This document shows positions 9,314 through 18,714 of a DNA stretch of 40,667 bases, piece after piece (the first letter of the stretch is position 1; every line of letters starts with the position of its first letter). The stretch is from a virus. Location of the stretch: UHGV virus genome UHGV-1991486; one strand, written 5' to 3'. The position numbers and the translations under genes are program-made. The notes below the pieces were generated by a model. It searched no databases and was not told the DNA's origin. It worked only from the letters and a program-made list of their open reading frames with translations.

Positions 9314-9838
9314 ATGTTTAAGACAGGTTTACAGTTATTTGCAGAGGCGGTATCTGGCAAGAAAATTGTCTATTTGTACCGACTTGCAGGAAAAGCAAAA
9401 GAAGAGGCTGCGAAAAATCTTGCGTTTACGACAGAAAATGGAAGAACAAAAAGCAAGGATGCAGACTCTACAGCAACGAAGGATGGAACGATTCGCACAC
9501 CTGGGGCTGCGGAAACAGAAATCACAGCTACTGCTATCCTTGCGAAGAAAGATAAGTTAATCTCTGAGTTAGAGGACGCAATGGATTCGGATGAGTTGCT
9601 TGAAATCTGGGAAGCAAACCTTGAGGATCCGGCAGAACCTGGTCCGAATAAGTTCAAGGGCATGTATTTCCAGGGATATCTCACGGAATTTGAGATCACA
9701 TCCTCGGCAGATGAAAATGTAGAGGTGTCTCTTACTTTTGGTGTTAACGGCTCCGGAAAACGAGGGGATGTTACTGTGACTGCACAGCAGCAGGAAGTAG
9801 CAGCTTATGTATTTAAGGATACGACACAGGAAATGTAA
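9314..9838 (+). CDS. Major tail protein (phi13/TP901-1-like).
   Basis: 174 aa. N-terminus 'MFKTGLQLFAEAVSGKKIVYLYR' typical of phi13-family major tail proteins, and again containing LQLFA. Position before the tail assembly chaperone. Confidence 0.75.
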   Translation: MFKTGLQLFAEAVSGKKIVYLYRLAGKAKEEAAKNLAFTTENGRTKSKDADSTATKDGTIRTPGAAETEITATAILAKKDKLISELEDAMDSDELLEIWEANLEDPAEPGPNKFKGMYFQGYLTEFEITSSADENVEVSLTFGVNGSGKRGDVTVTAQQQEVAAYVFKDTTQEM

Positions 9839-9914
9839 ACCCCTCTGGTGATACTGCCTTGATTAGTAGAGGGAGAATTTGTAAGGCGAAAAACGACGAT
9901 TGCGTACATAGGGG

Positions 9915-9937
9915 GCGGTAAGACCGCTCTCTTTTAA
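9915..9937 (+). terminator. Weak terminator or attenuator candidate after the major tail gene.
   Basis: gcggt-aag-accgc followed by tctcttttaa. Short stem. Confidence 0.3.
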
Positions 9938-9951
9938 TGGAGGTAAAAAAT

Positions 9952-10362
9952 ATGATGGAATTAACAATTAACGGACAGGTGTACCAGTTTAAATTTGGAA
10001 TGGGATTTTTGAGAGAAATCAACAAGCAGACAAATATGCCTGTGGATGGATTGCCGGGAGTAAAAAAAGACGTAGGATTCCGGTATGCGCTTATGAATTT
10101 AATAAATGGTGATCCGGATGCATTGGTAAACATTCTTGATGTTGCGAATAAAGGGCAGAATCCGAGAGTGACAAGAGATTTGCTCGATGGTTATATCGAT
10201 GACGAGAATACAGATATCGATGAGCTTACAGATACAGTAATGGGTTTCTTAAAGAGTGCGAATGCTACGAAGAGGACAACGAAAGAACTTCTGGATGCTG
10301 TGGAGAAAGAGAAACAGAGAGTAGAAGAGGAAGAAGCGCGGAAAAGAGAGCTGATGATGTAG
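9952..10362 (+). CDS. Tail assembly chaperone (G product).
   Basis: RBS GGAGG 8 nt upstream of ATG 9952. About 135 aa with an acidic C-terminus. Lies immediately upstream of the tape measure gene. Confidence 0.7.
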   Translation: MMELTINGQVYQFKFGMGFLREINKQTNMPVDGLPGVKKDVGFRYALMNLINGDPDALVNILDVANKGQNPRVTRDLLDGYIDDENTDIDELTDTVMGFLKSANATKRTTKELLDAVEKEKQRVEEEEARKRELMM

Positions 10363-10700
10363 ATTTTGAAGAATACTACAAAGAAGCAGCTTTGAATTGT
10401 TTTCGGTATCTTGGATTTAAGAGTTTCGGAGAAGTGGACAGGCTGACAATTCCGGAATACACCTTACTCATGGAAGCTGTACAGTTGAGAGAGGTAGATA
10501 AGGACTATCGAAATCATCTGCAGGCATTCTTAAATTTTGCTGTAAAAGCAGAGAAAAAGGTTGGAAAGAATAGGTCGAAACCAGTGTATCAGAGATTCAG
10601 AAAATTCTTTGATTACGAAAAAGAAGTAGATCGTGTGAGGAACCGAAAGCAAAAAAATGAAAGATTGGACATAATCGGCAGAATGATGAAAGGAGAGTGA
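10224..10700 (+). CDS. Frameshift extension of the tail assembly chaperone (T part of a G/GT fusion), reached by a -1 slip from the 9952 frame. Alternatively an independent ORF (TTG start at 10392 in the ORF track).
   Basis: The -1 frame is open from 10224 and overlaps the G frame. Slippery heptamer G_GGT_TTC at 10242-48 in the G frame. Canonical arrangement just before the tape measure gene. Confidence 0.5.
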   Translation, partial: AYRYSNGFLKECECYEEDNERTSGCCGERETESRRGRSAEKRADDVDFEEYYKEAALNCFRYLGFKSFGEVDRLTIPEYTLLMEAVQLREVDKDYRNHLQAFLNFAVKAEKKVGKNRSKPVYQRFRKFFDYEKEVDRVRNRKQKNERLDIIGRMMKGE

Positions 10701-10704
10701 TGGC

Positions 10705-13700
10705 ATGGCGGAAACTTTTTCGGTTAAGGCGATATTATCTGCGCAGGATAAGGGGTTCAAATCTGTTTTCGGAGCAGCCACAAAGTCAGCCAAAGAGTTA
10801 AAAAGTACACTTATAGGTGGAATTGGCTTTGGAGCAATGATGGCAATTGGACAAAAAGCTGTATCTGTCGTGTCCGGAAGCCTTTCTGGGTTAACCAAAG
10901 AAACGATCAACACATCGGATGCAATGCAGAAACTCCAACAGGCTATGAGGTTTAGCGGATACGCTGAGGATGAAATACAGAGAATCGCAGGTGCAACGGG
11001 AACGTTAAAGACCTATGCTGATAAAACAGTCTTTTCTTTGCAGGATGTAATGTCAACCTTTGGATCTCTGTCTGCAAATGGGGTCAAAGACGCAGAGAAA
11101 TTAACGGAATCCGTCGGAAATGCAGTTGCTGTATTCGGTGGCGGCGCACAGGAGTTTAGTAGTGTTGCACTTGCATTTTCACAGGCGATGGCATCTGGCG
11201 CTTTGCATGCGCAGGATTGGAATCAGATCGTCAATGCGAGTCCACAGCTTGCCGGTGGATTAAGAAAAGAATTGATTAAATTGAATCCGGTTTTGGGAGA
11301 GGATTTTAAACAGGCAATGGAAGATGGAGCTATCACAGCCGATCTTCTGGGGCAGGCGATGAACAACATTGGGATGACAGACATGGCAAGAGAAGCCGCG
11401 CAATCAGTTACGACATTCGAAGGAGCAATGGGAAACCTTGAAGCAACGGTGACAAGCGGAATGCAGTCCATTTACGATTCTTTTGTTAAAGGTAAGGCTG
11501 TGGATGCGATCAATCAATTTAACGGAAAAGTAGAAAGCGTGTTTTCCAGATTGCAGACTTGGATTCCAGCAACAATGATTCGCTTGGAGTCCTATTGGAA
11601 AATCTTGAAAAAAGAGGCTTCTCAAGTTTCTGGGGCTTTTGGGGATGCATTTGGAGCAATCCGAAAAGAACTCGGAAAACTTATTCCAGCATTTGGCTCC
11701 ACAGAGAGCGTGAACGGATTCCGTGATGCGATTCAAGGAGCTGGGGATGCGCTCCAAGCATTTGCAGGATTCCTGGAAGAACACGCAGATATCATTGCGA
11801 GAGTGATCGCTGAACTTCCGAAACTGATTGCTGGATACAAAGGCTTTAAAATCGTAAAACCTTTTATACCCATTGTAGCAGGATTTACGGGGGCAATCTT
11901 AAAACTTGCCGGAGCTGGAGTAAGTAAAATTGCTGGAAAATTATTCAGAATTTCCAAAGGACAGGATGCGGTTGGTAAAAGCAGTGCTTCAAGCTCCAAG
12001 AAAATGCTTGCGTCCGCTAAAGCATTCATGATGTTGGGTGCCGGAGTTGCTTTGATTAGCGGTGGATTTTTCTTGTTGGCGCAGGGTGCAAAAGTAGTGG
12101 CGGATTCCGGGCCATTGGCCGTTGCTGTTTTAGTCGGAATGGTAGGCGCTTTAATTGGGCTGAGTATGGGAATGATGAAAATGCTTTCCACAATGTCTGG
12201 CGGCACAAAGAAACTTACTGCTATGTCTACTGCAATGTTAGCGCTTGGAGGAAGTATTTTGCTGATAAGTGCTGCATTTTGGGTGCTGTCAGATGCGGCA
12301 ATTAGAGTTTCAGAAGCAGGTCCTTTAGCAATAGGCGTTTTAGTTGGAATGGTAGCTGCAATCGCAGGTCTTTTGATCGTGGCAAAAATGGTAGCTCCGA
12401 CTTTAACAGCCGGTGCAGTCGGTTTTGTAGCGTTTGGAGCAGCTATTGTTTTGGCAGCGGCTGGAATTGCGGTATTGACTGTATCTGCGATTTCTCTCGC
12501 AAATGCGGGGCCACTTGCTATTGGAGTCATGTTTGGCCTGATCGTAGCAATTGGTGGATTAATGGTCGTAGCGGCAGCAGTAGCACCCGTTTTAACCGCA
12601 GGAGCTGTTGGGCTGATCGCATTTGGAGCGGCAGCAGTCCTTGTAGGAGCAGCTGTTCTGCTTGCGAGCGCAGGATTGGCTTTGGTTGCAAGTGTTCTGC
12701 CAATTGTCGCTGAGTATGGACTGCAGGCATCTGTGGCAATCAGAGCATTAGGTGCTGCAATGACTGTGTTTGGAGCTGGTACGATTGTGGCAGGAGTAGG
12801 ATGCGCTGCTCTTGCAGTGGGATTACTGGCAGTAGGAGCGGCGGTGCTTGGTGTTACGGTTGGAGTGGCTGCGTTCGGAGTTGCAATCGCAGCAGCGTGT
12901 GTTGGAGTGCTTGCAATGGCAGCAGCGTTATTGGCGGTAAATTCCAGCATGAAGTCAATTGCAAAGAATGCGAAAACAGCGCAGAAATCTATCGAGAGTA
13001 TGAAAGATTCTGTAAGCATTGTGAATGATGGGCTGGATGCTCTTGGAAATAAAGCGAAAAGTGCGGTGAAGTCCATTGTCAGCGCATTTGATTCCGGCGC
13101 AGGAAAAGCAAGAAGCTCCGGACAGAAGCTCGGAGATAGCGCAAAAGAGGGTGTTCAGAGTGGATTGCAGCCAACGCAGGCGATTGCAATCAGAACGGTA
13201 TCTGCAGTATTATCATCCTTGGCTTCCGGGGCAAGTGGCGCATACAGTAGCGGATACAACATAGGGTTAGGCTTCGCAAATGGTATGTCGTCAACCTTGG
13301 GATATATCAGATCAGTTGCGGCACAAATGGCTGCGGCTGCAGATGCGGCAGTCAGGGCAAAAGCGAAAATCCACAGTCCGTCAAGAGTATTTGCCGGGCT
13401 GGGTGTCTATGTAGGAGAGGGATTTGCGCTTGGAATTGAGTCGATGTCCAGAAAGGTTGCAGAAGCTACGCAGAACATTGTGGAGATTCCAACATTATCC
13501 ACAGACATGAGAATGCGAGCTTCAGGTGCTTTGGATTCTGAACTTTCCGGTGATTATTCCTATAACCGGAATACTACATACACAATCGTTGTACCGGTTG
13601 AATATAACGGCAGAGAAGCAGCGCGTGTTACGGCGGAATTTACGCAGAAAGATCTGGAAAGACGTGAGAGTATGAAGATGAGACTGAAAGGAGAAAGAAG

Positions 13701-13710
13701 CCATGTATGA
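10705..13710 (+). CDS. Tail tape measure protein.
   Basis: 1001 aa. TP901-type N-terminal region, long Ala/Gly-rich hydrophobic central repeats. Follows the tail assembly chaperone. Confidence 0.9.
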   Translation: MAETFSVKAILSAQDKGFKSVFGAATKSAKELKSTLIGGIGFGAMMAIGQKAVSVVSGSLSGLTKETINTSDAMQKLQQAMRFSGYAEDEIQRIAGATGTLKTYADKTVFSLQDVMSTFGSLSANGVKDAEKLTESVGNAVAVFGGGAQEFSSVALAFSQAMASGALHAQDWNQIVNASPQLAGGLRKELIKLNPVLGEDFKQAMEDGAITADLLGQAMNNIGMTDMAREAAQSVTTFEGAMGNLEATVTSGMQSIYDSFVKGKAVDAINQFNGKVESVFSRLQTWIPATMIRLESYWKILKKEASQVSGAFGDAFGAIRKELGKLIPAFGSTESVNGFRDAIQGAGDALQAFAGFLEEHADIIARVIAELPKLIAGYKGFKIVKPFIPIVAGFTGAILKLAGAGVSKIAGKLFRISKGQDAVGKSSASSSKKMLASAKAFMMLGAGVALISGGFFLLAQGAKVVADSGPLAVAVLVGMVGALIGLSMGMMKMLSTMSGGTKKLTAMSTAMLALGGSILLISAAFWVLSDAAIRVSEAGPLAIGVLVGMVAAIAGLLIVAKMVAPTLTAGAVGFVAFGAAIVLAAAGIAVLTVSAISLANAGPLAIGVMFGLIVAIGGLMVVAAAVAPVLTAGAVGLIAFGAAAVLVGAAVLLASAGLALVASVLPIVAEYGLQASVAIRALGAAMTVFGAGTIVAGVGCAALAVGLLAVGAAVLGVTVGVAAFGVAIAAACVGVLAMAAALLAVNSSMKSIAKNAKTAQKSIESMKDSVSIVNDGLDALGNKAKSAVKSIVSAFDSGAGKARSSGQKLGDSAKEGVQSGLQPTQAIAIRTVSAVLSSLASGASGAYSSGYNIGLGFANGMSSTLGYIRSVAAQMAAAADAAVRAKAKIHSPSRVFAGLGVYVGEGFALGIESMSRKVAEATQNIVEIPTLSTDMRMRASGALDSELSGDYSYNRNTTYTIVVPVEYNGREAARVTAEFTQKDLERRESMKMRLKGERSHV
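12109..12720 (+). repeat. Degenerate tandem repeats of about 190-210 nt within the tape measure gene, encoding 'GPLA(V/I)GV..G...A..GL' hydrophobic units.
   Basis: Units begin at 12109 (gggccattggcc), 12319 (ggtcctttagca) and 12508 (gggccacttgct). Protein repeats of 60-70 aa, at least three units. Confidence 0.6.
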
Positions 13711-15235
13711 GTTTGTGGATACAAATCAGGCGGGGAGTAAAAGCTCCCTGCCAAGTGAGGCTCTGCAGATTGATGGGACATATATTGAAAATTTGATTGA
13801 TGGATACAGAACTCTGTACGTGACCGGTCGCGAGCTTTTGGGATCAGAAATTTCGGAGAGAGAAATTGATCTTGTGGATGGATCCGAGTATACGGGAAAG
13901 CGAGATACAACCAGAAGCATTACAGTTGGGTACCAGTTGCTTTGTACATCTCCGAGAGAGTTCCAGGAAAAATTCAACAAACTCTCTGGAATCTTAAATA
14001 AGGAACAGGCAAAGCTGATTTTTGCAGATGAACCGGATAAATATTTTATCGGAACGAAATCAAGTGTCGGAGATGTGGAGCCAGGCAGATTGAACGTAAA
14101 AGGCGAATTTACTTTTTATTGTTGTGATCCACGGAAATATTCTGCAGCGGAAAAATCGTTTACTGCCCATCAGGAAAGCGGATATCAGACGCTTACTATT
14201 GTAAATGGGGGCACAGAATCCGTTCCGGTAAGTTACGATATCACTCACAACCACGAAAATGGATTTATCGGGATTGCCAGTAAATACGGTGCAATACAAC
14301 TCGGCAAGATCGAAGAAGCAGACGGCGAAGACTATAAGGCGTCAGAGATACTGTCAGAGGGGTATAACCTGTTTCAAGACGATCACGGTACTTCTTATCA
14401 AAATCCGGAGAATACCACACAAGGAACGCTGGAAGTGCGGGACGTTGCCGGATACAGCGTAATGGCTTTAAAGGGTGGGCAGGCTACGAACGGACACTGG
14501 AATGGAGGTATGAAAACCATGGTCATTCCTGCGGACAGCGAGGGTAGACGGGGGGCGAAGAACTTTTACTGCTATACCCAGCACTGGTTCGAGACTGGAT
14601 TGATGGGACAGACGGGAGCACAGACTATTGCGTTTCTTACAGGGGAAAATGAAGTGATCTGCTCTATGTCTATTAACAAGAGTGATACGGTTGGTAATAC
14701 GGCGCATGTGGACTGGTTCGCGCCACAAAACAAGAAGATCAAGACACTGGATTTCCATCCGACAGCTTATGAGGGAAACCCATTTAATTTAAAGATGGGT
14801 GGCGGTCATAATGATTTTTTAAAAGAGGGTGACAGGCTACGGATCTTTTGGTACGGTCAGTATTATTACTTTACTATCCCGGAGATTAAAGACATGGCGT
14901 GTGAGAAGATACAGGTCTGGATCGGGCAGTGGGGAAGTAGAGATCTTGGAAATCAGCTGGTTACGCACAATTATTTAAAAAGTATCTGGTTCCGCAAGGA
15001 TAACGTGGAAAAATACAGAGATGTGCCGAACCGGTATAAGTCCGGAGATGTGGTCTATATTGATGGAAATGATACAGCGGTTTATGTAAACGGGATGAAG
15101 CGGATGGAAGATGAAATCCGAGGAAGTAAGCATTTTCTGGTACCGCCGGGAGAGACGGAGATCCAGTTCTCCTGCTCGGCATTTAGCAGTCCGCCGCCAA
15201 CGATTAAAGCCAAAATAAGGGAGGCGTATTTGTAA
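13703..15235 (+). CDS. Distal tail protein (Dit), extended ('evolved') form.
   Basis: 510 aa immediately after the tape measure gene with an overlapping start. Dit-like N-terminal half plus additional C-terminal domains. Confidence 0.6.
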   Translation: MYEFVDTNQAGSKSSLPSEALQIDGTYIENLIDGYRTLYVTGRELLGSEISEREIDLVDGSEYTGKRDTTRSITVGYQLLCTSPREFQEKFNKLSGILNKEQAKLIFADEPDKYFIGTKSSVGDVEPGRLNVKGEFTFYCCDPRKYSAAEKSFTAHQESGYQTLTIVNGGTESVPVSYDITHNHENGFIGIASKYGAIQLGKIEEADGEDYKASEILSEGYNLFQDDHGTSYQNPENTTQGTLEVRDVAGYSVMALKGGQATNGHWNGGMKTMVIPADSEGRRGAKNFYCYTQHWFETGLMGQTGAQTIAFLTGENEVICSMSINKSDTVGNTAHVDWFAPQNKKIKTLDFHPTAYEGNPFNLKMGGGHNDFLKEGDRLRIFWYGQYYYFTIPEIKDMACEKIQVWIGQWGSRDLGNQLVTHNYLKSIWFRKDNVEKYRDVPNRYKSGDVVYIDGNDTAVYVNGMKRMEDEIRGSKHFLVPPGETEIQFSCSAFSSPPPTIKAKIREAYL

Positions 15236-17226
15236 TGAATGAAATCAGAATTGCCGTACTGAATCCACATGACAGGGTGCTTGCATTTTTGGATAACACC
15301 CATCGAAACTCTATGCATTATTGGAACGATGAGCTCCATGAATATCTGCAGGGGACAGCGAATACTTACACATTTACGGTAAGTTCCAAACACGAGGATG
15401 CGGCGTATATCGTAGAAGGGAATAAAGTAGCCTTTGTATATAACGGAAAAGACTACTATCTGAATATCGTACATGTGGAAAAGGATGAATTTACAGTTAC
15501 TGCGACAGCATGGTCTTTAAGCTTCGAATTGATCAACGAGAATGTTGGGGCATACAAATCTGAAAGCGCAATGAGCTTTGAGGAATATGTAACTGCCTTT
15601 GATCCGGAACGTACCGTGCGGATCGGGATCAATGAAGTGTCAGATAAGCGGATTTCAAACGAATGGACAGGTGAGGCAACGGTACTGTCCCGTTTATTTT
15701 CCGTGGCGAATGTATTCGATGCGGAGATTGAGTTCCAGACTGTGTTAAATGATGATTATTCGCTGAAAGAAATTGTAATGAACGTGTATCGGGAACACTC
15801 AGACAATAACACGGGAGTTGGGGAGTTCCGGGGAGATATCAAACTGCGGTACGGGAAAAATGTTACCGGCATCCGGAAGGAATCCAGTATCGAAAATCTG
15901 TACACCGGTATCCGTCCAACAGGAAAGGATGGACTGACTATACAGGGAATTGAGAAAGAAGAGCTGGATGAGAACGGCGTAGTAGAGTTTTATACACAAG
16001 GTCCAGATATCCGGGCGCCGCAGGCAAGGGACAGATTTCCATCAAACCTGATAAACAAGGAAGATGGATACATCTTTATGCCAAAATCCTACGATACGGA
16101 TAACAAAGACAAACTGTACAGTATGGCGCTATCGGACTTGAGAACAGCATCTGAACCGGTCGTGACTTATGATGTGACGGGATACTTTGATACCGCTATC
16201 GGAGATACCGTGGAGATCGAAGATGAGGAGTACGTTCCTACCTTATACTTGAGTGCAAGAGTATCGGAGCAGGTTCGCAGTTTCACGAATCCGCAAGCAA
16301 ACAAGACAGCCTTTACCAATTTTAAAGAGCTGCAGTCGGAAATCTCTGAAGATTTGCTGCAGAAAGTAGAGGATCTGATTAACAAAACAAAGATTTACAC
16401 CAGCAGTATCTCTACGGATAACGGAATTGTATTTAAAAATAATGAAGGCTTTACCAACTTGACTGCCAATGTAATAGATAATGGGGTAGATCGAACAGAC
16501 AATTTCACAATTCGATGGTTTAAGGATGGAAATCATATTTATGCCGGTCGGACCATAAAAGTTCGAGCTTTGGATGTGGAGAGCAAGGCGGTCTACAAAT
16601 TTGAAGCAAGGGATACGGAGGGAATCCTTCGAGGATTCGAAGAGGTTACGGTTATGGATGTATCCGATGGAACAGACGGAGAGGATGCAGCAATCAAGTC
16701 GGATACCCCGCCGGACGATAAGACCAAGCTCTGGTACGATACAGTCAATAACGTGTTTAAGTACTGGGATGGCGAAAAATGGGTGGAAGCATACACGGAA
16801 GACATCGAGGATGCGAAAGATGCTGCGGGAAATGCTCAGGAATCCGCAAATACAGCAATCTCTAGCGTAACGAATATCAACACCAGCTTCGAAAAATACA
16901 AAAATGAAGTCCGAGCCGAATTTAAAAATACAGTAGAGTATGTGAATGGTAAGACCGAGGTGGTTGATACATGGGTGCGGCAGGGGTCGGATGGCGTAAC
17001 ACCGTTTCTGGAACTTGGCGGAACAGGAAACGACCTAAAAGCCAGATTAACAAACTCCAGATTGGGATTTTACGAGGGCGATAATGGATTGGCATATTTT
17101 GGGAACGAGAAAGCGTATATGCCGGTTGCAGAAATTGACAATCTAAGTGCAAAGAGAGTTGGTGTAGGCAACTATGCTATGCTGGACAATGGGGATGGAC
17201 ACCTATCTATAATCTATATCGAGTAA
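15235..17226 (+). CDS. Tail-associated lysin / prophage tail endopeptidase family (Tal).
   Basis: 663 aa. N-terminus 'MNEIRIAVLNPHDRVLAFLDN...' characteristic of the siphovirus Tal N-terminal family. Position after Dit. Confidence 0.7.
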   Translation: MNEIRIAVLNPHDRVLAFLDNTHRNSMHYWNDELHEYLQGTANTYTFTVSSKHEDAAYIVEGNKVAFVYNGKDYYLNIVHVEKDEFTVTATAWSLSFELINENVGAYKSESAMSFEEYVTAFDPERTVRIGINEVSDKRISNEWTGEATVLSRLFSVANVFDAEIEFQTVLNDDYSLKEIVMNVYREHSDNNTGVGEFRGDIKLRYGKNVTGIRKESSIENLYTGIRPTGKDGLTIQGIEKEELDENGVVEFYTQGPDIRAPQARDRFPSNLINKEDGYIFMPKSYDTDNKDKLYSMALSDLRTASEPVVTYDVTGYFDTAIGDTVEIEDEEYVPTLYLSARVSEQVRSFTNPQANKTAFTNFKELQSEISEDLLQKVEDLINKTKIYTSSISTDNGIVFKNNEGFTNLTANVIDNGVDRTDNFTIRWFKDGNHIYAGRTIKVRALDVESKAVYKFEARDTEGILRGFEEVTVMDVSDGTDGEDAAIKSDTPPDDKTKLWYDTVNNVFKYWDGEKWVEAYTEDIEDAKDAAGNAQESANTAISSVTNINTSFEKYKNEVRAEFKNTVEYVNGKTEVVDTWVRQGSDGVTPFLELGGTGNDLKARLTNSRLGFYEGDNGLAYFGNEKAYMPVAEIDNLSAKRVGVGNYAMLDNGDGHLSIIYIE

Positions 17227-17236
17227 GGAGAGAAAA

Positions 17237-18643
17237 ATGGCAGGAACAGGAAGAATCTATGTCACGGCAGTACGTGGAGTAGGAGATGTTAATCTCACGC
17301 ATAAATATGATGTAGATATCAGATTTGATATCGCATTTGACTTTGGTGGATACAATTACGGCGGCGCACCGTACAGCATGAGTTGTGATGGACAGAACAC
17401 CTCCGGTAGTGCGGCATTTGCAGTCGGCAGTGGCGGCGGACAATGGATCTGGACGAATATCGGCGGAACGAAGACGTTCCGGATTACGATGCCAACGAGC
17501 GGACAATCAAAGAAGATCGGCTTTTCCGCGACGGTCAATACAGGAGTTAATCCAGCCACGATCTCAGCGAGTGGGGAATACACCTTGTCGGCTATTACGT
17601 GGGAGCATACAGTATCTTATAATGCAAATGGCGGGACCGGTGCTCCAGACACCCAGAAAAAGATATACGGATCCGTATTAACACTATCTTCTGTGCGTCC
17701 CACAAGAGATGGCTATGTATTTATGGGCTGGGCAACATCGTCCGCTGGAGACGTAGCATACATGCCGGGAGCAACATACGGTGCCGATGCAGATGTGACT
17801 CTTTATGCAGTTTGGCAGATCGCGTACATTAAGCCGACAATTACCAGGTTGACTGCATTGCGATGCGACTCTAAGGGATCACCAAAGAGTGATGGCACGT
17901 ACATTAAAGTCACTGGGAGCTGGCAAGTAGACCAGACCTTAAATAACTCTAACAAGGCAACCAGTGTCAGGATAGATTATCAGGAGACTGCTTCTGGGAG
18001 TCCGGTGAAAGCAAGTGAAACATACCCAAACACGACAAGCGGAAAGATTTCCCAAGTAATCGGGAATGGGAAAATATCCACGGGGAGTGTGTACTTTGTT
18101 ATCGTTACAATCACAGACTTAAACGGCAGCAAACAAGAAGAGGTGATTGTTCCGGCACAGTTCCGAGCGTTGGATGTTGCAAATAAAGGAAGAAGTATTG
18201 CTTTCGGCGGAACAGCAAGCGATAGCGAAGTGGGTTATGATTTCTATCAAGATGCGAGGTTTCATGGCAAGTTATTACTGGGCGATCAAGAATTGATGGG
18301 AATCAAGGAATATGATTCCGGACAGGTGAGAGGACCGTACTTCAATGTAAACAGCAGTAATCGCATGCAGGTGTGGTTGTATAAAATCGGCAAGATCGTA
18401 CACTGTAAAATCGAGATGTTGGCACAGTTTCCGAACAGCGGGTCTTTCAATGATTTTGACGAGGCGGCCATCCCGGAAGAGTTCCGCCCGAAGTACCATG
18501 TATTCTGTGCGTGCCCGGAAGTAGTGGCTGGCACGATCGTTGGAAATGGGAGGTACCGTATCGGCCCGAAAATATCGCTGGATGTAGAAAATGCGACCTA
18601 TGCAGAGAGAACAATCTGTACATCTTGGATATCCGCAATTTAA
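17237..18643 (+). CDS. Receptor-binding / tail fibre protein containing a Listeria-Bacteroides repeat (Flg_new) domain.
   Basis: 'YNANGGTGAPDTQKKIYGSVLTLSSVRPTRDGYVFMGWATSSAG...VTLYAVW' matches the Listeria-Bacteroides repeat consensus. It is the last tail gene before the lysis cassette. Confidence 0.6.
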   Translation: MAGTGRIYVTAVRGVGDVNLTHKYDVDIRFDIAFDFGGYNYGGAPYSMSCDGQNTSGSAAFAVGSGGGQWIWTNIGGTKTFRITMPTSGQSKKIGFSATVNTGVNPATISASGEYTLSAITWEHTVSYNANGGTGAPDTQKKIYGSVLTLSSVRPTRDGYVFMGWATSSAGDVAYMPGATYGADADVTLYAVWQIAYIKPTITRLTALRCDSKGSPKSDGTYIKVTGSWQVDQTLNNSNKATSVRIDYQETASGSPVKASETYPNTTSGKISQVIGNGKISTGSVYFVIVTITDLNGSKQEEVIVPAQFRALDVANKGRSIAFGGTASDSEVGYDFYQDARFHGKLLLGDQELMGIKEYDSGQVRGPYFNVNSSNRMQVWLYKIGKIVHCKIEMLAQFPNSGSFNDFDEAAIPEEFRPKYHVFCACPEVVAGTIVGNGRYRIGPKISLDVENATYAERTICTSWISAI

Positions 18644-18666
18644 GGAGTGAATATGGAGATTAGAGC

Positions 18667-18691
18667 AAGACCGTAATGGTCTTATTTTTAT
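18667..18691 (+). terminator. Rho-independent terminator candidate after the tail module.
   Basis: aagacc-gtaat-ggtctt followed by atttttat. Confidence 0.45.
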
Positions 18692-18714
18692 ACTTTAAAA
18701 ACCGGAGGGAAAAC

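Noticed and set aside
9339-9560. 73-aa Arg/Lys-rich ORF in an alternative frame of the major tail gene.
   Set aside because: Shadow frame of a well-supported structural gene.
10392-10700. Independent 102-aa gene with a TTG start.
   Set aside because: It has no RBS. Its frame is open 168 nt further upstream and overlaps the chaperone gene with a slippery heptamer in register, so a G/GT frameshift product is the more economical reading, though not proven.
11733-13076. 447-aa minus-strand ORF, Ala/Pro/Thr-rich.
   Set aside because: It lies entirely antisense to the Ala/Gly-rich repeat region of the tape measure gene. GC-rich codon repeats keep the reverse frame open. It has no RBS and no independent support.
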